Below, piece after piece: positions 53,283 through 61,273 of a stretch of DNA of 64,000 nt. The translations under genes and the position numbers were made by a program. Location of the stretch: NCBI GenBank assembly GCA_963727445.1, contig CAVSGI010000006.1, positions 352,001 to 416,000 on the forward strand, in the 5' to 3' direction. Below the pieces are notes generated by a model. It searched no databases and was not told where the DNA came from. It worked only from the letters and a program-made list of their open reading frames with translations. Numbering within the stretch: the stretch's first letter is position 1; every line of letters begins with the position of its first letter. Source of the stretch: an uncultured delta proteobacterium. Its GTDB lineage: Bacteria; Myxococcota_A; Polyangia; Polyangiales; B10-G4.

Positions 53283-53609
53283 TCTGATTCGATGATTCAT
53301 CACGACTTGCGTGTCTGGCAGCGGGCGCGAGCCCTCGTGCAGCTCGTGTATGCGAACCTGCCGGCCGATGCGGAGCTTCGGTCGCAGGTGAAGCGGGCTT
53401 CGACTTCGGTCGGGGCGAACATCGCCGAGGGTTGCACGCAGAGCTCGCGGGCGATGCGGCGCAAGCACTACGAGATTGCCCGCGGTTCGGCCGTGGAGAC
53501 CGTGGCGTGCTTCGAGTTGGCGGAGGCGACGGGGGATCGGCTACCGGTCGAGGAAGTCCGCAGCCACGGGGCGGCGATCGCCGCGATGCTCACCAGGATG
53601 CTGCGGTGA
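53268..53609 (+). CDS. Four helix bundle protein (23S rRNA-IVP / Avd-like, TIGR02436-type)
   Basis: DLRVWQRA...LRSQVKRASTSVGANIAEG...IARGSAVET family signature. Confidence 0.9.
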   Translation: MTKKHSDSMIHHDLRVWQRARALVQLVYANLPADAELRSQVKRASTSVGANIAEGCTQSSRAMRRKHYEIARGSAVETVACFELAEATGDRLPVEEVRSHGAAIAAMLTRMLR

Positions 53610-53611
53610 AG

Positions 53612-53650
53612 CACTCTGAGCCCGGAGGGGTTTCCCTCCGGGCTCGGGTG
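53612..53650. terminator. Hairpin filling the gap between the convergent four-helix-bundle genes
   Basis: GAGCCCGGAGGG-GTTT-CCCTCCGGGCTC (53618-53645), extendable with G-U pairs; no U-tract. Confidence 0.6.
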
Positions 53651-53652
53651 GC

Positions 53653-53979
53653 TCAGCGATGGATCATGCGAAAGAGGGTGGCGGCGGCATGATCGAAATG
53701 GTCCTCGGCGGCGTTGCACTCCGCCGCGCTCAGATAGCCCCAGGCCACGGCGATGCGCAGCGCCTGTCTGGCTTCTCTCGCTGAGTTCATCGCGACCGAG
53801 AGCCGCTCGGGCCGATGCCCTTTTCGCCCCCACTCGCCCTCGGCCGCGTTGAGCGCCGCCGAGCTGGCGGCGCGCCGCAGCTGCGACGCGAGGTCGCGGT
53901 CTTCGTGTTGGATCCTTTCGGCCAGTGGCCGGGTGGCCTCGATGGCTTCGAGGAGGATGTCGTGTACCAGCTTGCTCAT
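53653..53979 (-). CDS. Four helix bundle protein (second, divergent subfamily)
   Basis: DRDLASQLRRAASSAALNAAEG...AMNSAREARQALRIAVAWGYL; AAGGAG 9 nt upstream of the ATG. Confidence 0.9.
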   Translation of the reverse strand: MSKLVHDILLEAIEATRPLAERIQHEDRDLASQLRRAASSAALNAAEGEWGRKGHRPERLSVAMNSAREARQALRIAVAWGYLSAAECNAAEDHFDHAAATLFRMIHR

Positions 53980-53984
53980 GAGGG

Positions 53985-54055
53985 GTTGCTCCTTCCGCCC
54001 ACGTCAGGGGCTTCGCCCCGCCCGAAGGGCCCCTGACGTGGGCGGAAGGAGCAAC
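53985..54055 (-). promoter_or_regulatory. Perfect 27-bp inverted repeat sequestering the Shine-Dalgarno of four-helix-bundle gene 2
   Basis: GTTGCTCCTTCCGCCCACGTCAGGGGC (53985-54011), 17-nt loop, GCCCCTGACGTGGGCGGAAGGAGCAAC (54029-54055). Confidence 0.85.
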
Positions 54056-54060
54056 GCCGG

Positions 54061-54408
54061 GCGTTGGCCGCAACCTCGCGACTTGCGACCGCCTGGCGGT
54101 CACGACTGCGGGCGTTGGCCGCAACGTCGGGACTTGCGACCGCCTGGCGGTCACGACGGCGGGCGTTGGCCGCAACGTCGGGACTTGCGACCGCCTGGCG
54201 GTCACAACGGCGGGCGTTGAGCGCAACGTCGGGACTTGCGACCGCCTGGCGGTCACAACGGCGGGCGTTGGCCGCAACGTCGGGACTTGCGACCGCCTGG
54301 CGGTCACAACGGCGGGCGTTGAGCGCAACGTAGGGACTTGCGACCGCATGGCGGTCACAACGGCGCGCGTTGACCGCAACGTAGGGACTTGCGACCGCAT
54401 GGCGGTCA
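54061..54408. repeat. Tandem array of 7 x 51 bp units, each with two hairpins
   Basis: Units start at 54061, 54112, 54163, 54214, 54265, 54316, 54367. Consensus GCGTTG-GCCG-CAACG-TCGGGAC-TTGCGACCGC-CTG-GCGGTCACAA-CGGCGG. Confidence 0.97.
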
Positions 54409-54505
54409 ACTAACTCCGATGGGAATGATCCCGCTCCCGTTCTCTGTCCCCACTCACCCACCCATTCCCAGTCCCAGACCCAAGCGCAGCATGGGGTCGA
54501 GACGA

Positions 54506-54734
54506 CGGGAACGGGAATGGGAGCCGGAGCGCGAACGGGAACGGGAACGGGAGCGGGAACGTGAGCGTGAGCGTGAAGGGAACGGGAACGGGAACGGGAA
54601 CGTGAGCGTGAGCGTGAGACGGGAACGTGAACGCGAACGGGAATGGGAACGGGAACGGGAACGGGAACGGGAGCTGAGCGGGAACGTGAACGGGAGCGGG
54701 AGCGGGAGCGGGAATGGGAGCGGGAACGGGAGCG
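54506..54734 (+). repeat. Second G(G/T)GA(A/G)C hexamer tract, ~38 units, abutting the cheA stop codon
   Basis: Same unit set and same orientation as 52964-53188. Confidence 0.95.
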
Positions 54735-57384
54735 TCAGCTGTCGGTTTCGCCTCGTCTGGCTAGCTCGCGGCTGATGGCTTTGAGCACTTCCGTGGCGTC
54801 GGCGGGCTTGGTGAGGTAGGCGTCGACGCCTGCGTCGAAGCCGCGGATGCGGTCGATGCGGTCCTCCTTCGAGGTGACCATCACGATGGGGACGTCGCGG
54901 TAGGCCGGCATCGCGCGAAGGCGGCGGGTCAGCTCGTAGCCGTCCATGGTGGGCATCACCACATCGGTGGACACCAGGTCGAATCGCTCGTGGGCGGCGG
55001 CGGCGAGGCCTTCGGCGCCGTTGTGGGCGACCACCACGCGGTAGCCGGCCTCGGTGAGGATCCGGCGCAGCGCTTCGCGCACCGTGTCCGAGTCCTCCAC
55101 CACCAGGATCGCGGGCGCACCCTCTCGTTCGGTGACGGCCGCCTGGGCACCGCGCGAGGGGCCGACCCCGCGGATCGCCATCGCGACCAGGGTGGGAACG
55201 TCGAGGATCAGCACGCAGCGCTCGCCCACCAGCGTCGCCCCCGCCGCCCCCGGCACGCGGGTGAGCAGCGAGCCGAGGGATTTGATCACGATCTCCTGGC
55301 GCCCGATGAAGCCGTCGCAGGCGAGGCCGTAGCGGTGGCCGGCGATGTCCACCAGCACCACCGGCAGCTCTTCGGTCATGCGCCCGCTCGCGCCGCCGGC
55401 GCCGATCACCTCCGCGAGGCGGATCAGCGGGATCTCTTCGCCGCCGTCGTGAAGGAGCTCGCGATCCGTCGTCATGCGAACCCGCGATGGCGGCGCGGCG
55501 ACGGTGCGCTCCACCAGGTCGAGGGGCACGGCGTAGACCTGACCCGAGACGCGGAGGAGCAGGACCTGGACGATGGCCAGAGTGAGGGGGAGGCGGATCT
55601 CGAAGCTGCTCCCGGCGCCGAGCTCCGACTCCACCGCGACCGTACCCTTGAGCCGCCCGATGGTGTCGCGCACCACGTCCATGCCGACGCCGCGACCCGA
55701 GAGATCGCTGACCCGCCCGGCGGTGCTGAAGCCCGGCCGGAAGATCAGGTCGAAGACCTCGTCGTCGGCGAGGCCCTCGGCCTCTGCGCGTGCGAGGAGC
55801 CCGTTCTCGATCGCCTTGGCGCGCACCTTCGCCACGTCGATGCCGCCGCCGTCATCGGCGATGCGGATCACGATCTGGTTGCCGCGATGGGAGGCCGAGA
55901 GCGTCATCGAGCCCTCCGCGCTCTTGCCGCGCGCTTCGCGCACGTCGGGGAGCTCGATCCCGTGGTCGATGGCGTTTCGCACGAGGTGCAGGAGCGGATC
56001 GTCGAGCTGCTCGACGAGCACCTTGTCGAGCTCGGTCTCGCCACCTTCGAGGTCGAGGCGCACCTGCTTGCCGAGCTTGAGCGCGATCTCCCGCACCGTG
56101 CGGTGGTACTTGGACCAGCTGCGACCGATGGGCACCATCCGCAGCTTCATCACCTGATCGCGGAGCTCGCCGGCCACGAAGTCAATCTGCTGGCTCGCCG
56201 CGTCGAGGTCGCCGCTCAGCTGCTCGAAGGCGCGGTGGATCCGGCCGAGCTCGGTGGAGATCCCTTGAGAGCGCACCGCGCTGGTGCGCACCCGCGCGCC
56301 GTTCGGCGGCGCCGCGCCTCCGCGCTTGCGCTCGGTCCGCGCGCTGCGCCTCTGATCGTCGAGCTCGCGCGCCACCGAGCCGAGCCCACCGAGCCCCACC
56401 GTCAGCCGGCCTTTGGCAATCACCAGCTCGCCCACCAGGTTCATCAGGAGGTCGAGCTTCTCGAAGTCGATGCGGAGCGTCTGATGGCGAACGTTGGTCT
56501 TGCGCTCCGCCCCGGCGGTGGGCTTGGGGGCGGGCGCCGCACCCCGCGCCGCGATCGCACCCGCAGACTCGGGCACGCCCGTGAGCTTGGCGAGGGCGGG
56601 GCCGATGTCCACGTCGATGTCGCCCCGCGCTGCCGCCGCGTGCACGATGGCGGTGAGGGCGTCGAGGGAGCCGAGGAGCGCGTCGATCACCGCCTGATCC
56701 GCGCGCCGGCGTCCCTCGCGGACGTGGCCGACCAGAATCCTCGGCCGCGTGGGCGAGGCGGGTCATCCGTTTGAGGCCCACGAAGGCGCTCGACCCTTTG
56801 AGGGTGTGCAGGTCGCGGAAGATCGCGGCGACGAGCTCGCTGTCGTCGGGCGCGCGCTCCAGCTCCACCAGGCGCTCGCTCAGCCCTTCGAGGCGCTCCT
56901 GACACTCCTCGAGGAAGGGGTCGATCATGTCGGCGTCGACGGTGGGCTGCCAGGTGCCGTCGTCCTCGTCGTGCGCGGCGTGGGCGGCGCCGCCGCTCGG
57001 ACCGTGCACTGCCTCGGGCGGCGGGAGCCCGGCGCGAAGCGCCTCGGCTGCCTCGGCAATCCTCTCGGCGTCGAGGCGGGCGCCGCTCTCGTCGGGCCGC
57101 GCGAGGTCGGCGAAGGCGTCGACCAACGCGTCGGCGGCGCTCTCGAGATGCTCGCGGAGCTCGTCGCTGGGCGGCCGTGGGCCGAGCTGCTCGACGCGCG
57201 CTCGGATCGCCCCGGCGAGCGCCGCGACCTCCGGCACCCCCACCACGTGGGCGTCGAGCTCCACCGCGGTGAGCGCTTCGAGGAGCGCGTCGACGTTGCC
57301 ACCCTCGCCGCCGAGGATCTCCCGGATGCGGTTCGCGAGGTCCGTGCCTTCGGCGACGAAGGCGGTGAAGGCATCGCTGTTCAC
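54735..57384 (-). CDS. cheA: Hybrid CheA histidine kinase (Hpt-like x2, dimerisation, HATPase, CheW, REC); frameshift near 56737
   Basis: IFRDLHTLKGSS; extra T in GAG GAT T CTG; LDLLMNLVGEL, LHLVRNAIDHGIE, GFSTA..SGRGVGMDVV, LPLTLAI; REC ILVVEDS...TDVVMP...YLTKP. Confidence 0.92.
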
Positions 57385-58685
57385 GACGTCTTCTCCGAGT
57401 CGTCGTCGAGCACCGCGGGGGGGACGACGCCGCGGCGACCGAGGAAGCGACGCACGCTCGCGCGCGCGCCGACGATGCGCAGGGGCTCACCCGCTGCAGC
57501 GATGGCCGCGGCGGCGCGGGCGATTACCCGGAACACCTCCTCGTCGGCGAACGCGAGACCGGAGAGGTCGAGGATCGGCGGGCGCTCCGCCGCGACAATC
57601 GGCGAGAGCGCTTCGTGCGCCACGCGCGCGCCTTCGCTGCCCTGGAGGTCACCGGCGAGCCGCGTCATCCTCGGTCGGGGCGGCGTTCGAGGCTCTGGCG
57701 CCTCTTCGGGCGCGGGGGCCTTCCGAGGGAGCGGCGCCGCAATCGGGACGCGCTTTGGCTCGACGCGCTCCGGCGGCGGATGCGAGGAGCGCCGGCGCGG
57801 TGGTCGGGAGGATCGCCGGCGCGGACGTGGCTTCGGCTCGGGCGGCAACACCACGCGGCTCGTGCCGTCGGCGCGCCGGTAGAGGATCCCTTCGCTGGTG
57901 CGCAGGGGCAACAGCTCGCCGTCGCCTTCGTCGAGACGCTCCGAGTAGCCGAGGGCGACGTAGCCGCCGGGGAGCACCGCCCGGCAAAGGCGTCCCACCA
58001 CCTCGCGCTGCGTGCTCTTGCCGAAGTAGATGAGCACGTTGCGGCAGAGCACGAGATCGAAGCCGCGGGGGTAGGGCGTGCTCAACAGATTGCGCTTCTC
58101 GAACTTCACGCGGCTCCTCAGGCGCGGCCTCACCACCACCTCGTCGCCTTCGACCTCGAACGTCTTGTCCGCGCGCTCTTCGGGGACGTTGCGGATCGCC
58201 CCCTTCGGATAACGACCCGCGGCGGCGACGTCGAGGGCGCCCTGGCTGAGGTCGGTCGCCAGGATCTCGAAGTCGATGCGGGGATGCGATTCGAGGAACG
58301 CTTCGAGGAGCATCGCGACGGTGTAGGGCTCCTCGCCGGTGGCACACCCTGCGCTCCAGACCCTTATCGTGCGGATCGGATCGCGCTCGCGCCGCGCGAC
58401 GATCTCGGGCAGCGCCACGCGCTCGATCACCCGCAGCTGGCCCGCGTGCCGATAGAACTGGGTCTCGCCGACGCGCAGCGCCTCCACCAGCAGGCCGAGC
58501 TCCTCTGCGCCCGCTTCGTCCAGCACCCGCTCCACGTAGCGCGACTCGTCGGCGTCTCCCGTCGACGCCAGGCGCGCCTTGACCCGCGCGGCCAGCAGCC
58601 AGCGCTTCTCCGTCGCGATGTGGATCCCCACGGTCTCGGCGATGCGCGCCGACAGGGATCGGAACTCCGCGTCGGAGAGGCCCAT
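57381..58685 (-). CDS. cheR: CheR-type methyltransferase with Pro-rich linker and C-terminal STAS-like domain
   Basis: VGETQFYR, RVWSAGCATGEEPYT, ILATDLS, FDLVLCRNVLIYF, LGYSE; C-terminal LAGDL...ILDLSGLAFAD...LRIVGARASVRRFL. Confidence 0.9.
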   Translation of the reverse strand: MGLSDAEFRSLSARIAETVGIHIATEKRWLLAARVKARLASTGDADESRYVERVLDEAGAEELGLLVEALRVGETQFYRHAGQLRVIERVALPEIVARRERDPIRTIRVWSAGCATGEEPYTVAMLLEAFLESHPRIDFEILATDLSQGALDVAAAGRYPKGAIRNVPEERADKTFEVEGDEVVVRPRLRSRVKFEKRNLLSTPYPRGFDLVLCRNVLIYFGKSTQREVVGRLCRAVLPGGYVALGYSERLDEGDGELLPLRTSEGILYRRADGTSRVVLPPEPKPRPRRRSSRPPRRRSSHPPPERVEPKRVPIAAPLPRKAPAPEEAPEPRTPPRPRMTRLAGDLQGSEGARVAHEALSPIVAAERPPILDLSGLAFADEEVFRVIARAAAAIAAAGEPLRIVGARASVRRFLGRRGVVPPAVLDDDSEKTS

Positions 58686-58698
58686 CACGCGTTCACGC

Positions 58699-60774
58699 TC
58701 AGCTGGTGCTTTCGGTATCCGCGGGTAGCGCGGGCGCGCCGGTTCCGCTCTCCATCGCGCGAATCTTGAATCCCTTGACGCTCTCTTCGAGGTTGAAGGC
58801 GAGCCGGTGCAGGTGCTCACCCTGCGACACCGCCTCTTCGCTCGCCCCGAGGACGTCCTGCGCGATGCGCTGGACGACGTCCATGTTGCGGGCAATCTCG
58901 TCCGACGCGACCGCCTGCTCCTGCACCGCCGCTGCCGTGTCTTCGACCACGCCCACCAGCGTCTGAAGGTCCTTGAGGGTGCTGGTGACGAGACCGGTGC
59001 CGGCCTCGACCTCTTCGGTGCCCGCCTCCATCGCCGAGACCGCCTCCGCGGTCTGCTCCTTGATGGTGGCGATCAGGTCCTCGATGTCCCGCGCCGACTG
59101 GCCCACGCGCTTGGCCAGGCCGCTCACCTCGTCGGCGACGACCGCGAAGCCCCGGCCCTGTTCGCCCGCGTGGGCCGCCTCGATGGCGGCGTTGAGCGCG
59201 AGGAGCGTGGTCTGGTCGCTGATCTGGCGGATGACCTCGACGATGTTGCCGATGCGCTTGCCGCTCTCGCCGAGCTCCTGGATGCGCGTGGCCGCCTCTT
59301 CGACGGTGGCGCGGATCTCGTTCATCCGTCCGATCGCGTCCTGCACCGCCTCGCCGCTCGAGCGCGCGACCCGCGTCGCCTCCATCGCGTTCTCCGCGAC
59401 CTGCTGAATCGAGGCGGAGAGCTCCGTGACCGCGGCCGAGGAGGACTCGGTCTTGCGCGCCTGCTCCTGCGCGCCTTCGAGCATCTGCTTCGATGCCGCG
59501 CTGATCTCGGCGCTCGACGCGCCGACCTGAAAGGCCGAGCTCTGCACGTTCGCCGCGAGGTCGTGGATGTAGCCGAAGACGGCGTTCAGATTCTTGGCGA
59601 GCCGGCCGAGCTCGTCGCGCCCCCCGAGCTCGAGGCGCCGCGTCAGGTCGCCCTGTCCCTGCGCCAGGTCGTCGGTGGCCGAGACGTAGCGGTTGATGCG
59701 CCGGGTGATCAGCCAGGACAAGAGGAGGCCGACGAAGATCGCCGCGGCCAGCACACCGCCGAAGAGCCACTTGGCGTCCTTGAACTGCTCCTCGAACTGG
59801 TTCGCTTTGAAGTCGCGCGTACGCAGGAGATACATCGTCCCCAGCGTCCCGTACTCGCTCCCCGAGTAGCCGTTGACCTCCTGAGACCAGAAGTCGTAGA
59901 CGGCGTCACCGCCGTTCTCTCCCTGCCCGTGGACGACGATCACCGGCACCATCTCCTCCGGCCCTTCGGGTCGCTCCTGATGGTTGGCCGGGTCGAGGGC
60001 TTCGGTGAGGGCGGCCAGCGCGTCGTCCGGGAAGACACTGGCGGAGACGCGCCCATCGTTGGTCACCAGCGCCGGCCGGTGCTGCTTCGACTCGTTGGCG
60101 TCGCTCTGGCCCTGGTAGTCCTGCATGTAGCGCTCGATGCGCTGGCCGAGGATGACGCCGCCCACCACGTCCCCGTCGGCTGTGCGTACCGGCGCCCCCG
60201 AGACTTGATAGACGTTGGGCCCGAGGAGCCAGAGCTCGCTCACCACCGTCATGCCGCCGAGGACATCCGTGAAGATGCGCGACTGGGCCAGATCGGTGCC
60301 CTCGAGATCGGTGTTGCCGAGAACGGTGCCGCGCCGGTCGAAGGCGAAGACCAGATCGGGATCGAGGGTGCGGCGGACGGACGAGACGAAGCGCTCGTAG
60401 GCGGTGGTCCCCGCGGTCTCCCCTTCCTCCTCCGCGACGCGCTCGCCGATGGCGCGAGCCGCGTTCTCCTGGCCACCTTCGACGACGCGCATCACCAGCT
60501 CGACCTCGTCCTCGCGGTTGTGGGTGAGCTCGGCGACCAGCGCGGGCGCCTGCGCGACGAAGGCGGCGTTGGCGGCGAGGGCGCGTCCCAGGCCGCGCCG
60601 ATATTCGTCGAAGCGGTTGTAGTGCTTGCGCATGAACCGCCCGCGGCTCTCGGGCATGTGCGCGTAGTAGCTCTCGACCACGGCGACGACGATCACCCCG
60701 GCGGCGACCAGGAAGGTCACGCCGACGATCTTGGCCTGGAGCGTGCCGAGCCAGCGCCAGATGTATCTAAGCAT
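58699..60774 (-). CDS. Methyl-accepting chemotaxis protein (2 TM, periplasmic Cache-like domain, HAMP, PilJ-like signalling domain)
   Basis: GDLTRRL...RDELGRLA; ISDQTTLLALNAAIEAAHAGEQGRGFAVVADEV. ATG at 60774. Confidence 0.95.
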   Translation of the reverse strand: MLRYIWRWLGTLQAKIVGVTFLVAAGVIVVAVVESYYAHMPESRGRFMRKHYNRFDEYRRGLGRALAANAAFVAQAPALVAELTHNREDEVELVMRVVEGGQENAARAIGERVAEEEGETAGTTAYERFVSSVRRTLDPDLVFAFDRRGTVLGNTDLEGTDLAQSRIFTDVLGGMTVVSELWLLGPNVYQVSGAPVRTADGDVVGGVILGQRIERYMQDYQGQSDANESKQHRPALVTNDGRVSASVFPDDALAALTEALDPANHQERPEGPEEMVPVIVVHGQGENGGDAVYDFWSQEVNGYSGSEYGTLGTMYLLRTRDFKANQFEEQFKDAKWLFGGVLAAAIFVGLLLSWLITRRINRYVSATDDLAQGQGDLTRRLELGGRDELGRLAKNLNAVFGYIHDLAANVQSSAFQVGASSAEISAASKQMLEGAQEQARKTESSSAAVTELSASIQQVAENAMEATRVARSSGEAVQDAIGRMNEIRATVEEAATRIQELGESGKRIGNIVEVIRQISDQTTLLALNAAIEAAHAGEQGRGFAVVADEVSGLAKRVGQSARDIEDLIATIKEQTAEAVSAMEAGTEEVEAGTGLVTSTLKDLQTLVGVVEDTAAAVQEQAVASDEIARNMDVVQRIAQDVLGASEEAVSQGEHLHRLAFNLEESVKGFKIRAMESGTGAPALPADTESTS

Positions 60775-61243
60775 GGGCCTCCGTGGTGTCGGGCTCGTCG
60801 TCCGAGCGCTCGGTGAAAGGTGCGAGAACGGGAGAAGCGAGGAGCCGCCCCACATCGATCACCCCGATGGGATGATCGGCGTCGGGGATGATCCCCGACA
60901 GCACGGCAGCGATCTCGCTGTCGAAGGTCGAAGGGGTGTCGGCGAGGGAGTCGTCGTCGAGCTCGCGGATCGAGCCGAGGTCGTCGACCAACAGGCCCGC
61001 CGCCCGATCGTCGTCCTCGACAATCACGATGCGGGTGGACTCCTGGATGCGGGTGGGCGGCAGACCCAGGAGCCGTGCGGGATCGAGGATGGCCAGGATC
61101 TCTCCCCGGAGACTGGTGATACCCATCACGCATGCCGGGGTGTGGAAGACCGGGGTCACCGGGCTCACGCCGATGGTCTCCCGAACCTCGTCGATGGGCG
61201 CCGCAAACTCCTGATTCCCCAGATGGAAGCAGACCAGCTGCAT
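60767..61243 (-). CDS. cheW: CheW coupling protein
   Basis: QLVCFHLGNQEFAAPIDEVRE, MGITSLRGEILAILD, AGLLVD. Confidence 0.93.
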   Translation of the reverse strand: MQLVCFHLGNQEFAAPIDEVRETIGVSPVTPVFHTPACVMGITSLRGEILAILDPARLLGLPPTRIQESTRIVIVEDDDRAAGLLVDDLGSIRELDDDSLADTPSTFDSEIAAVLSGIIPDADHPIGVIDVGRLLASPVLAPFTERSDDEPDTTEAHA

Positions 61244-61273
61244 GGCCGCGGAGGCTATCACGGAAGGCGAAGG

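Noticed and set aside
53268..53979. Diversity-generating retroelement or 23S rRNA intervening sequence
   Set aside because: No reverse transcriptase, no template/variable repeat pair with A-specific mismatches, and no rRNA sequence around the Avd-like genes.
54061..54408. CRISPR array
   Set aside because: Units are contiguous near-identical 51-mers with no unique spacers, and there are no cas genes in the window.
53468..54461. ORFs with 17-aa repeats (53468..54409, 53976..54461, 54064..54333)
   Set aside because: They arise from the 51-bp array being open in several frames. One overlaps the real 4HB genes, there is no convincing start context, and variation tracks hairpin loops rather than codon positions.
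52309..54775. (ER)n and (GNVN)n ORFs (52309..53211, 52886..53287, 54389..54775)
   Set aside because: Translations of the hexamer tracts; the right tract switches frame internally and the ORFs overlap real genes.
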